DNA from: an uncultured Gammaproteobacteria bacterium
Lineage (GTDB): Bacteria > Patescibacteriota > Microgenomatia > 2-02-FULL-39-11
DNA length: 64,000 nucleotides
Assembly: GCA_964362665.1 (NCBI GenBank)
Contig: CAYIFB010000002.1
Location: 14,404-78,403 of the forward strand
Direction: 5' to 3'
In this document: positions 9,896 through 18,821 of the stretch, piece by piece
How positions within the stretch are numbered: position 1 is the stretch's first letter
How the letters are laid out: every line of letters begins with the position of its first letter
Translations under genes and position numbers: made by a program
The notes under the pieces: model-generated
Databases searched by the model: none
What the model saw: the letters and a program-made list of their open reading frames with translations, nothing else
What the model was told of the DNA's origin: nothing

Positions 9896-10498
9896 TTACA
9901 GCTTTGTTACCTGCAGGAAATCGAGCTCAACCGGTGTTTCCCGGCCGAAGATGGAGACCAAAACTTTGATCGTGCCTTTTGCTTCATCAATCGCCTCCAC
10001 ACTTCCCAGAAAATCGGCAAAAGGTCCGTCGACGATTTTGACAGCCTCGCCAACCGAAAATTTAGTCTTGAATTTCGGCGCATCCAGCCTCATGAATTTC
10101 ATGATAGCTTCAACTTCGGTGTCAGAAATGGGTGTTGGTTTATTACCCGTTCCGACAAAGGCCGTAACTCCCGGAGTCGTTCGTACAGCCAGCCAGCTTT
10201 CATCATCGAGGTTCATGCGGACCAGGATGTATCCCGGGAAAATCTTTTCTTTGGCGTCTTCTTTTTTACCGTGGCGAACCAAAACTACATTTCGCGTGGG
10301 GACGACTGACTCAAAAATCTTCTCGGTCAAATTCATTGCCTTGACGCGCTGTTTGAGTGCTTCAGCGGCTTTATTTTCATGTCCGGAATAGGTATGGATG
10401 ACAAACCATTTGCCTTTCCCAGCATTGGGATCAACTGGTGCGAGGTCTGCCACCACAGGTACTGGTTGGGTGACGCTGGTTGTTGTTTTATCTGCCAT
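9896..10498 (-). CDS. nusG: transcription termination/antitermination factor NusG
   Basis: WFVIHTYSGHE, FPGYILV, GPFADF, VSIFGRETPVELDF. Confidence 0.98.
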   Translation of the reverse strand: MADKTTTSVTQPVPVVADLAPVDPNAGKGKWFVIHTYSGHENKAAEALKQRVKAMNLTEKIFESVVPTRNVVLVRHGKKEDAKEKIFPGYILVRMNLDDESWLAVRTTPGVTAFVGTGNKPTPISDTEVEAIMKFMRLDAPKFKTKFSVGEAVKIVDGPFADFLGSVEAIDEAKGTIKVLVSIFGRETPVELDFLQVTKL

Positions 10499-10501
10499 TT
10501 T

Positions 10502-10723
10502 TTATCTTTTAAATATTAAACTTGTTAGTTTGGTCAGTAATATATCCATTCCTCCGATATAAAGCCCGATGACGGTAGAAATAACTACTACTATAATAGT
10601 CAGTTTGATAACTTCCTCACGCGAGGGCCAATTTACCTTCAAAAGCTCGCTCTTTACCTCTTTTAAAAATATAACCGGACTTCCTTTGAAGTCAGGCTTC
10701 ATCGGTTTGGGTAATTCGATCAT
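10502..10723 (-). CDS. secE: preprotein translocase subunit SecE
   Basis: EVKSELLKVNWPSREE plus one TM segment; directly upstream of nusG. Confidence 0.95.
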   Translation of the reverse strand: MIELPKPMKPDFKGSPVIFLKEVKSELLKVNWPSREEVIKLTIIVVVISTVIGLYIGGMDILLTKLTSLIFKR

Positions 10724-10821
10724 TTGGTGATAGGGTTTAGTTTATCATAGGCGAATTGACTTGTAAAGTTAAAAAAGGTAATATTAAAAAATTCAAATAC
10801 TAAATTCCAAAATCCAAATTT

Positions 10822-11706
10822 ATGAAGAATAAATCACATAAAATCACCAAGGCAGTCATTCCGGCAGCGGGATTTGGTACCCGGTTTCTTCCCCAGACCA
10901 AAGCCATGCCGAAGGAGATGCTTCCAATTGTCGATAAACCCGTCATCCAGTACGTGGTGGAAGAAATAGTTGCCTCCGGTATTACGGATATCGTGATGAT
11001 TACAGGCTGGCACAAAAGAAGCATTGAAGACCATTTTGATTATCCTTTTGAACTGGAGAAGCGCCTCGAGGAAGCTGGTAAAGAGAAAGAACTGGCAGAA
11101 GTGCGCAGAATTGCCGATATGGCAAATTTCATATACGTCCGCCAGAAGGGGCCATATGGCAATGCTACCCCGGTACTTTGCGCCAAAAATGTCATAGGAA
11201 ATGAGCCTTTCGCCGTCATCTGGGGAGATGAATTCATTTATGCGAAACCTCCCCGTCTCAAACAGATGATTGATGTCTATGAGGAATACGGTTCACCTGT
11301 CATATCGGGGGTGCGAATTAGTGAAAAAAAAGACCTGGTCAGATACGGGATAGCTGATGTCAAAAAAGTGAAAGACAACGTTTATGAGGTTCTCGATATT
11401 GTGGAAAAACCGGATCCCGATAAAGCCCCGTCCAATCTGGCAGCCATCGGTGCGTATATCCTGCCTCCGGAAATTTTTCCCATTATCGAGAATTTGAATC
11501 CGGGCCGGGGTGGAGAATTATGGCTTCCTGAAGCGATAGATCAGCTTTTAAAAATCGAAAAGGTACTGATTTGTGAAATCCAGAACGGGAAATATTACGA
11601 TACGGGAAATAAATTCGAGTACCTCAAAACGGTTATCGAATTTGCTCTGCGCCATCCTGATATCAACGGAGACCTCAAAAAATACCTCAAAAATCTAAAG
11701 TACTAG
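10822..11706 (+). CDS. galU: UTP-glucose-1-phosphate uridylyltransferase
   Basis: KAVIPAAGFGTRFLPQTKAMPKEMLPIVDKP, VEKP. Confidence 0.95.
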   Translation: MKNKSHKITKAVIPAAGFGTRFLPQTKAMPKEMLPIVDKPVIQYVVEEIVASGITDIVMITGWHKRSIEDHFDYPFELEKRLEEAGKEKELAEVRRIADMANFIYVRQKGPYGNATPVLCAKNVIGNEPFAVIWGDEFIYAKPPRLKQMIDVYEEYGSPVISGVRISEKKDLVRYGIADVKKVKDNVYEVLDIVEKPDPDKAPSNLAAIGAYILPPEIFPIIENLNPGRGGELWLPEAIDQLLKIEKVLICEIQNGKYYDTGNKFEYLKTVIEFALRHPDINGDLKKYLKNLKY

Positions 11707-11751
11707 TAGAACACATCCCATAGTTGAAATTATATGATATAATTAATCTCA

Positions 11752-12243
11752 ATGTATGAAAATCATAAAAGGTTAGAGGCTGCTTCGGCATGGCTGAAAG
11801 AACAAAAGAAAAGATTTGCCGATTGGAAAGCCTACTTACGCACTCCTGAAGGTAAGAATTTAATACCCGCGATAGCAACCGGAGCAGTTGTAACAGTTGC
11901 ACTTATAGCTGGTTTACAAATCTTAACTACCGCTACTAAACCTGATGCTTCTCAGAGTAAACCACCTATAACTTTTGTTTGTGATTCGAGAGGGGTATAT
12001 GTGATGGCTGTTGATGTGGGACCTGATATAGCATCACCATTGGATGATACAACTGTTGTAGCGGACGATATGGTAGATTTAGGCCTAACCCAAAAAGGAT
12101 TGCGCGCTCTGCAACCATTAGGTGCTACTATCTATAGCAGGAAAGCAGGACAACCCGGATTTGGTGCGTTTAATCAGGGTCCAGCGGTGCTCAGGACTAA
12201 TCAGCCAGCGTGTGCTGCTTCAATGGTTTCTTCGGCTCCTTAA
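11752..12243 (+). CDS. membrane-anchored hypothetical protein
   Basis: Single TM segment near the N-terminus. Confidence 0.65.
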   Translation: MYENHKRLEAASAWLKEQKKRFADWKAYLRTPEGKNLIPAIATGAVVTVALIAGLQILTTATKPDASQSKPPITFVCDSRGVYVMAVDVGPDIASPLDDTTVVADDMVDLGLTQKGLRALQPLGATIYSRKAGQPGFGAFNQGPAVLRTNQPACAASMVSSAP

Positions 12244-12404
12244 CCCTTCGGATATTTTTACCTAAAAATTCATGACTTTTTATCCCATTTATGATAAATA
12301 TAGGCTTTAAAATGGGCGTTTTCTCTATTCTTGGTTAATATTTCCTTTAAAGTGAAGGAATTGATCAGGTGGGAGGAAACGGCCATTATTAAAACCCCAA
12401 AACT

Positions 12405-12429
12405 CCTCCCAGAAGCGGGAGGTTTTTTT
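12405..12429 (+). terminator. intrinsic terminator
   Basis: CCTCCC-agaagc-GGGAGG followed by T7. Confidence 0.6.
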
Positions 12430-12512
12430 GAGGTTTTTTGCTCTTTGACATATTGCGAGGATGAAGAATTTCTGTCTCTAAGCTGACAGAAAATTCTTTT
12501 TTATATTTAAGA

Positions 12513-12723
12513 CCTCGTTGGCCCTTGTATGGGGCAGATTGGAGATTTTAGTCTCCAGCCTGTCCTATACAAGCCATTCTGCCAGCGAGGCAAAGCGAGA
12601 ATCGCGAGATTCAAACTTTGGGCAGATTCCACCTGATCGAGCAAAGGGCTCGGAAAGTTGAGTTTATGTAAGCGACAACTCAACCCTTCAGGGGTTAGTA
12701 CGGGACAAGTTAGGAGACCCGCG
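12513..12723 (+). ncRNA. candidate structured 5' leader / cis-regulatory RNA
   Basis: Long hairpin 12513-12590 with five G-U pairs that form only on the + strand, GAATC-GCGA-GATTC (GNRA loop) and further hairpins up to the ATG. Confidence 0.55.
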
Positions 12724-13278
12724 ATGAAAAAAAAGTTCGTACTTCCTGTGCTCGTGGGGCTGTTGCTCGCCGCCGCCGCCTGCGCTCCGACGCCGACCCC
12801 GACGCCCGCGCCGACGGTGACTCCCGGCCCCCCCCCGACCATGGCACCCACACCAGACAATCTGGATCTCAATGAACAAATCATCCTGAAAAGCGATGAT
12901 CAAAGAATCCAGAATGCCGAGTGGAAAGCCGTCCCAAACAACGCGTCCGAAGCGTCCGACCTGATACGAATCTCTTTCACAGCTCCCGATGGGGCTAACG
13001 TGAGGATGTATCAGCGGGCCGAATGGACCGTTTTCTGGGATTTGCGGCAAGCCGACGGGAGCTGGGGCTCCAACTACGGTGTTGAGCACGTCAGGGGGAC
13101 GTTGCAAGATATCAAAGTTGGAAAGGGTCAAGGAATAGGCTTCGACACGATTCAGTTGCAAATAGCTGATGACAACATCGTCATCATGCATCTCATTGGC
13201 AGATCGTGGGCAATGGCATTTCGCCGCCATGAAATCTTCCATTGGGAGTCTGCACTGATCAACTGGCCCAACCCGTAA
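12724..13278 (+). CDS. lipoprotein with Pro/Thr-rich linker
   Basis: MKKKFVLPVLVGLLLAAAAC lipobox, PTPTP linker, AGGAG upstream. Confidence 0.8.
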   Translation: MKKKFVLPVLVGLLLAAAACAPTPTPTPAPTVTPGPPPTMAPTPDNLDLNEQIILKSDDQRIQNAEWKAVPNNASEASDLIRISFTAPDGANVRMYQRAEWTVFWDLRQADGSWGSNYGVEHVRGTLQDIKVGKGQGIGFDTIQLQIADDNIVIMHLIGRSWAMAFRRHEIFHWESALINWPNP

Positions 13279-13338
13279 GCCGCCCGCCCGGCCACACCCA
13301 ATACACCCCGGTCCTCGCTCCGAGGTGTAGTCATCATT

Positions 13339-13409
13339 GACTCCTTAAGAAGCAGGGTTCAACCCTGTTTGGCACATCGTGTGCTTTTTTTCTTGAGGAG
13401 TCTTTTTTT
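13339..13409 (+). terminator. branched terminator-like 3' structure
   Basis: GACTCCTTAAGAA...TTCTTGAGGAGTC encloses two inner hairpins and is followed by T7. Confidence 0.6.
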
Positions 13410-13417
13410 GGGAAAAA

Positions 13418-14253
13418 TTAGAGGAATTTAGAGGAGATCTTTAAGTTCCTTTAGATTCCTTTAAAATCCTTTACTTTCAAAAGTTCCTGAATTAGACTGA
13501 AATCATGGCTGATTTTATAGTGGACGAGCTGGTAAAAAAGACCTTCCGTGAGCTTTCAGAGAGTCCAAAACCGCAACAGTATTCAAGGGTCTGGAAGTCT
13601 CCAAACGGTTATATTTTCCTTGTCCCCTGGGCAAATGCCAATTTACTCCGGACTATTATAGTCCGATTTACAAGTTCCCTGCCAAAATCCAATTTCAGAT
13701 TTAAAAACCAGATTGATGATGCGGCAAGATCCGTGATTGCCAATATTGAAGAAGGATTTGCCCGACCAACAACCCACGAGTATTTGAAGTTTCTGGGTTT
13801 TTCGCAGGCAAGTCTAAAGGAAGTGAAAGGAGATATCCAAAGAGCCCGGCAGGACGGATTGTTGAAATCTATTCCGGGATCGAGTATTACAGTATTAGAA
13901 ATTAATCTTAAGGATTGGCATGAGAAGTTAAAGGTTTCGGTGATTTCGAGGTCTGCGGGAACTCACGGGGTTAGAGGAATTTACAGGAAGTTAGAGGAGG
14001 TTAGAGGAAAGATTGACGGGAAAAGTCCTCTAAAATCCTTTAAGTTCCTTTATGATCCTGTAGACAATCTTCGTGTTTCTGATTTGACTTATGAAATTTT
14101 CATTGAACTAATCAATAAAACCGACTGGCACCTGCGAAGACTGGTAGAATCTTTGGAAAACAAACTAGTAAGGGATAAGAAATACTACCAGATTGAACAG
14201 GCGAGAATACTGGGTAAAGCTAGAGGAGTTTAAAGGATTTTGGAGGAAATTAG
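13418..14253. repeat. three blocks of 10-bp-period repeats (TTAGAGGAAN and its complement) before, inside and after the four-helix-bundle gene
   Basis: Blocks at 13418-13473, 13971-14065 and 14220-14253. Confidence 0.75.
13505..14233 (+). CDS. four-helix-bundle protein (23S rRNA IVP/Avd-like family)
   Basis: QIDDAARSVIANIEEGFAR...YLKFLGFSQASLKEV signature. Confidence 0.85.
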   Translation: MADFIVDELVKKTFRELSESPKPQQYSRVWKSPNGYIFLVPWANANLLRTIIVRFTSSLPKSNFRFKNQIDDAARSVIANIEEGFARPTTHEYLKFLGFSQASLKEVKGDIQRARQDGLLKSIPGSSITVLEINLKDWHEKLKVSVISRSAGTHGVRGIYRKLEEVRGKIDGKSPLKSFKFLYDPVDNLRVSDLTYEIFIELINKTDWHLRRLVESLENKLVRDKKYYQIEQARILGKARGV

Positions 14254-15020
14254 CGCGAGGTGGTGAAGTAGGAAACGGGAGTGGTGTAGGAGTTTTTCGC
14301 GTCCTTTAATGTCAGCTGGTATTGGTATGTTGTTGCGGGATTGAGATTGGTTAATAAAGTGTAATGAGTTGTGTTAAATTCCTGAGATATGGTTTGTGAG
14401 CGCAGGTCCAGAGCGGTTTGCCCGTAGGAAATAAAAGACTTTACCGGAGAAACAGTTTGAAAAGTTACAAGCACGCTTGAGGATGAAATATTTTGGACAG
14501 AGATATTTTTTACCATCTCCGCGGCCTGAGATCTGTTATTTTGAATATTGGAGAGATTAAGTATTGTTACAGCAGTAAAAACTAGAAGCAGTGCTAAAGC
14601 GATTGCCGGCGCAAAAACCATGGACAGCGCGGGGAAAGGCTTGTCTGCTATTTTATACTCTGTGATTACTTCCTCCTGATGTTTTTTAAATTCAACAAGC
14701 TCTTTCTGGGTGGCCCAGATGCCGAGGCATTTGCTGCAGCGATGAAGGGCAACTCCCGCGGGGACACTTTCGCCCCGGAAATAACTTAATTTTTTATGGT
14801 CTCTGGGGCATTGCAGAATATCCGTCTGGGGGATGGGATTTTTGGGAAGGACTGTCACTGAAGCAAGTCTCGCCACTTCATGATACGGGATTCTGTTGAT
14901 TTCATAAGGATCAAACCACGTGCCTCCGCAGCGTCCGCAATGATCCACATCAAAACGTCCGCCATTGTTGGTGGTGACTGACATTTTCTGCAAAGTATTT
15001 TTACAGGAAGGACAAAGCAT
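14250..15020 (-). CDS. double TFIIB-type zinc-ribbon protein with TM segment and C-terminal FN3-like domain
   Basis: CPSC...CGRCGGTWFD and CPRD...CSKCLGIW; TM segment; HYTLLTNLNPATTYQYQL. Confidence 0.75.
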   Translation of the reverse strand: MLCPSCKNTLQKMSVTTNNGGRFDVDHCGRCGGTWFDPYEINRIPYHEVARLASVTVLPKNPIPQTDILQCPRDHKKLSYFRGESVPAGVALHRCSKCLGIWATQKELVEFKKHQEEVITEYKIADKPFPALSMVFAPAIALALLLVFTAVTILNLSNIQNNRSQAAEMVKNISVQNISSSSVLVTFQTVSPVKSFISYGQTALDLRSQTISQEFNTTHYTLLTNLNPATTYQYQLTLKDAKNSYTTPVSYFTTSR

Positions 15021-15033
15021 TGTAATTTAATAT

Positions 15034-15164
15034 GCAGCCGCTGAGGTCGGTTATGACTTTTTTGCGCATCCTTCGATAGACTCAGGACAAGCCTCCCCAT
15101 TAAAAAAGGTGTTTACCCTGAGCGAAAGCGAAGGGCTCAAAAAGCATAACCTCCCCGCGACTGC
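15034..15164. repeat. REP-like long inverted-repeat element
   Basis: GGTTATG/CATAACC and CTTTTT/AAAAAG arms enclose CCTTCG-ataga-CTCAGG and CCTGAG-cgaaag-CGAAGGG units. Confidence 0.65.
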
Positions 15165-15193
15165 TTTTTCACTAACGCGTCACCCGCAAAAAA

Positions 15194-16282
15194 TTATTGA
15201 ATCAAATTATTACTTTTCATCGCCTCAACGATTTTTTGGGAAAAAAGCAGAGCGCCTTCTTTAGAGGGATGAAGATTGTCAAAACTGCTGATATATTCCA
15301 GAAGCCCGTTGCCGTCTTTATCAAGAGAAGGAGTGTACGCGTCTGCTACAGGCATATTTTGCGATTTGGCAAAACCGATCATGTTTTGGAGGTACGCACG
15401 TGTGACTTGGGCTGATTGCCACTTCAGGTCTTTGCCCCAGTTTAGTACTCCGTCGCCGTATTTCAGAGAGTTGGGGGCAATGGCGGCGGCGAAAAGGATC
15501 TTGGTCGTGGAGGATTTTTCGCGGACCGTATCGATAATTTTGGAGTAAGTCAGCCATTGGCGGTCCAGATCTGACTTTTCACCTGTCCAGTGGTTGTAGG
15601 CGAATGATTCGACCACCAGAATGTCAGGCTGGAAAGACAGGAGAGGCGGGTAATATTTATTGAGATATTTGCTCCCCTTGGTAAGACGCGCAAGTCCGCT
15701 TTCGAGGTCTGTAGAGCCAAAGCCGTAATTGAGAACGGCAAAAGAGTATTTAGGAAAGCTTTGCGCGAGAAGATTTTTCAAATCCGGCAGGTTTCGGCCC
15801 AGAGTATCGACCATCGAATCTCCAAGGATTATGAGGGAATATGTTGTCCTGACAGGATTTTTTTCCAGATTTCCCACAAGTGGTTCATTTATATTGGAAA
15901 GAGTGGAATTTGTCATATTTGATTTCACTTTATTGAGGCGATTGCTTAACTGCTCAATGGCGGTAAGAGTTGGTGTAGGAATGATTGGAAGATTCATACC
16001 GGCATTTTTATAGTTGGCAAAGTTGGTATTAGTATTAAGATCGATTTTATTGGATGTAGATTTTTGGGAAATATTATCTATTTTATCAATCAGATTTTTC
16101 ACGTCAGTCTTTTTGGTGCTTTGAGAACTTGCGGTTGGTGCGATTTTAATTCCTGCTAAAATATCGCCAAAAGAAAGTTGACCTGAATCATTATATGCTG
16201 CGTTTATAGAAACTTTTAACCACAAACCTAAAGCCATGATTATTAAACTAGTCAGTAATATTTTCAGGGCAGTTTTTGGCAT
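15194..16282 (-). CDS. membrane-anchored SGNH/GDSL hydrolase
   Basis: ILGDSM (block I), NYGFG, DNLHPS (DxxH). Confidence 0.85.
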   Translation of the reverse strand: MPKTALKILLTSLIIMALGLWLKVSINAAYNDSGQLSFGDILAGIKIAPTASSQSTKKTDVKNLIDKIDNISQKSTSNKIDLNTNTNFANYKNAGMNLPIIPTPTLTAIEQLSNRLNKVKSNMTNSTLSNINEPLVGNLEKNPVRTTYSLIILGDSMVDTLGRNLPDLKNLLAQSFPKYSFAVLNYGFGSTDLESGLARLTKGSKYLNKYYPPLLSFQPDILVVESFAYNHWTGEKSDLDRQWLTYSKIIDTVREKSSTTKILFAAAIAPNSLKYGDGVLNWGKDLKWQSAQVTRAYLQNMIGFAKSQNMPVADAYTPSLDKDGNGLLEYISSFDNLHPSKEGALLFSQKIVEAMKSNNLIQ

Positions 16283-16333
16283 ATGCGCGTGTTAAATCTA
16301 TTGTAGTCAGATTATGAAGCAGGTGTCAATCAA

Positions 16334-16891
16334 CTATTTGCATTCCTTCCACAAACCGCGGTTATCTTGTCGGGCTTCTTGTTGGGCTTGCTTGAAAATC
16401 GATGCGTATTTGGTGTCAGGTGGGACAAGGTCAGTTTTGGCAAAGCCCTGTGATATCAGAATTTCATTGATCAAAGTTCCATCCAGGTAGACATAACGCA
16501 AAAGCCGTCCGTATTTGTCCTTGTTGGAGATATCTTTTTCCAGAGAAACTGTTTGATTTTCAACCAGTTGCCGGTTAAAATTTTTGGCGTTTTCTGCAAA
16601 ACATTCCACCTTGCCGTTTTTCTCCATTTCCGGGGAATTGATGCCAATGTAGCGGACTTTGGAATTGTCGGAAAGAATTATTGTATCTCCGTCAATGACA
16701 TATTTTACCTTCAATTTTTCGAGTGTTAAAGTCGGAGTTATTATAGGAGTCGTGAGATTTACATTAGATGAGGGCAATTTAGGTGATGTTTTTTGCCAAA
16801 GAATCAGATCTACAACGAAAATCATGAAGAAGATTAGTATTAGTGTTTGGAGATGAATAACCGGTTTGACTGACTTTTTTGCAGTTGTCAT
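16334..16891 (-). CDS. membrane-anchored thermonuclease (SNase family)
   Basis: VIDGDT, VRYIGINSPE, DKYGRLLRYVY, RGLW. Confidence 0.92.
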   Translation of the reverse strand: MTTAKKSVKPVIHLQTLILIFFMIFVVDLILWQKTSPKLPSSNVNLTTPIITPTLTLEKLKVKYVIDGDTIILSDNSKVRYIGINSPEMEKNGKVECFAENAKNFNRQLVENQTVSLEKDISNKDKYGRLLRYVYLDGTLINEILISQGFAKTDLVPPDTKYASIFKQAQQEARQDNRGLWKECK

Positions 16892-16896
16892 GCGGA

Positions 16897-17541
16897 TTAC
16901 TTGGTCAAAATCCTCACTTTGGCATTATCGAGAGTTACGTCAAAGGAAAGCGTGCTTTTGAGCTGTACCCTATAAAGTTTATTGCCGTTATCAAGAGTAA
17001 TTTTATCAGAGGTGATGGTTTGAGAGGCGGGTCCGTTCATAATGATGTGGCTTCCCCAGACAGGATGATTGTCGGTGACATTATAAAGTTGTGCTTCCAC
17101 CTGGCCGTTGCGGGTGGGATTAGACAGGGAGGCTATAAAATAAGCTTCCTTTATAGTACCGTAATTTCCCGGATCTATCACCGTTTCAGTGGATGTGAGG
17201 TCTTTAAAAATATTATTATTGGTTGAGCCTGATCCCAATGGAATGTAATATTCGCGGGGTGTTGACTGCGGGGCAGAATCATTACTTATGACCGTTTGAT
17301 TTGTCCCGTCGGTATTAACACTGCTTTTTGTAGCATCACTAATTGCGTTGAGACAACCGATAGGGCATTGGGTAATATCTGTTGAAGTGGTGGAGCTGGC
17401 GGTTGGTTTAACTATAGAAACATCCGCGACTTTGACTGTAAATCTTTGATTAAAGACAAAAATATCAAGAATAAAGAGATTAATGGCCGACAAGACGACC
17501 AAAAAAACAATAACCAGATGGGTTGACCGATTATCCTGCAT
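16897..17541 (-). CDS. membrane-anchored hypothetical protein
   Basis: N-terminal TM segment, CPxxC, beta-rich C-terminus. Confidence 0.7.
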   Translation of the reverse strand: MQDNRSTHLVIVFLVVLSAINLFILDIFVFNQRFTVKVADVSIVKPTASSTTSTDITQCPIGCLNAISDATKSSVNTDGTNQTVISNDSAPQSTPREYYIPLGSGSTNNNIFKDLTSTETVIDPGNYGTIKEAYFIASLSNPTRNGQVEAQLYNVTDNHPVWGSHIIMNGPASQTITSDKITLDNGNKLYRVQLKSTLSFDVTLDNAKVRILTK

Positions 17542-17552
17542 AAAAAATACAA

Positions 17553-18821
17553 TTATTTAAATTTATTCTTTCCTGAGTTCATACCTGAATCACTTTCTGG
17601 TGCTGATGTGTTTGGCGGTTTTTGATCTCCGCCGGATTTGGGTGAAATATTGCGATCAGGATTTTTTTGGACAGGGGATATTTTGGGAGTTACTTGTGCG
17701 TTTGGAAAGTTAGGGCACTCTGAAGGATGTTTCTGGCAATAAGCCTGACATTCTCCATTAGTTTTACAACCGGCAGGACCTAAAAATTCACCTGTCTGAT
17801 CCGCTGATTTATTGAGAGGAGATAAAGAAGTGGCGGGAAAACCGGGACACTCGTCAGGATGGCTTGAACAATAATTTTTACATTCAGCATCACCGGTGCA
17901 GGGAGTTGTATTTTGTGCTTGTGAACTTTGTTTCTTGGAGGACTTATTGTCATTTTCCGGATTATGCTTTTGGGAAATCTTTTCACATTTCGAGCGATTT
18001 TCTGTTTGGCTGCAAAAGGCGGAACAACTCTCCTGACTGTCACAACCCAATTCCTTTTCAGCCTCATCCATCATCCTGGCTTTTTTTGTTTCCAACTCTT
18101 CAATCTCTTGTTCCTGATGGGAATCCAGAAGCTGATTGTTCTTCGCAAATGCAAGGCATTTGGGGGTGTTAGCCGGATTGGCACAAAAAGATTGACACTT
18201 TGTTTGCGAGGAACAACCAAGCTGTGTCTGGGCTTTTTGCAAAATCTCTTCAGGAGGTGGACCTTTATTGTTGCTTTTTTCCGAGGGTTTGTTTAATTTA
18301 TGTTTCTCGGCAAAAGTACGGCATTTCTCGATATTTTGCGGGTTTTCACAAAGTGTTTGACAACTCTCACGCGAAGTGCACCCGAGTTCTGTTTTGGCGC
18401 TCGACACGATTTCGGAGGGAGGAGGAAGATTTTCATCTGCGGCTTTAAGAAGATTTTTTTTCTTGGCAAAAGCAAAACAGGCATCTTGGTTTTCAGGTTT
18501 ATCGCAGTAAGCAAAACACTCTTTCGGATTGGCGCAGTTACCTAGTTCCGCTATAGGGAAAGTTACTCCATGCGCCTTGGCTTCCTCTTCAGGCGAGACG
18601 GTTTGTGTTCCCAAAACATCCGGTTTTAAGACATATTCACCATACGCCCAACAGGCCGGTGTATGACTAGGGATTTGGCAGTAATAATAACATTCATTAG
18701 CATTAAGGCAGTTGCCAAGGGACGTAATAGGATAAGTCACGTATTGAGCTAAGATGGGTTTAGATTGTACAACAAAAGATGTACAAAGAACTGCAAAAAT
18801 AAAAAGATAAAATTTTTTCAT
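17553..18821 (-). CDS. secreted cysteine-rich repeat protein
   Basis: Signal peptide; repeated LG(N)C-x5-C-x3-C-x2-P-x-N-x3-C units. Confidence 0.8.
   Translation of the reverse strand: MKKFYLFIFAVLCTSFVVQSKPILAQYVTYPITSLGNCLNANECYYYCQIPSHTPACWAYGEYVLKPDVLGTQTVSPEEEAKAHGVTFPIAELGNCANPKECFAYCDKPENQDACFAFAKKKNLLKAADENLPPPSEIVSSAKTELGCTSRESCQTLCENPQNIEKCRTFAEKHKLNKPSEKSNNKGPPPEEILQKAQTQLGCSSQTKCQSFCANPANTPKCLAFAKNNQLLDSHQEQEIEELETKKARMMDEAEKELGCDSQESCSAFCSQTENRSKCEKISQKHNPENDNKSSKKQSSQAQNTTPCTGDAECKNYCSSHPDECPGFPATSLSPLNKSADQTGEFLGPAGCKTNGECQAYCQKHPSECPNFPNAQVTPKISPVQKNPDRNISPKSGGDQKPPNTSAPESDSGMNSGKNKFK

Noticed and set aside
12590-12720. c-di-GMP-I or another known riboswitch in the lipoprotein leader
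   Set aside because: GCAAA and GAAAG words are present, but their order and pairing do not match the consensus I know; left as an unclassified structured leader.
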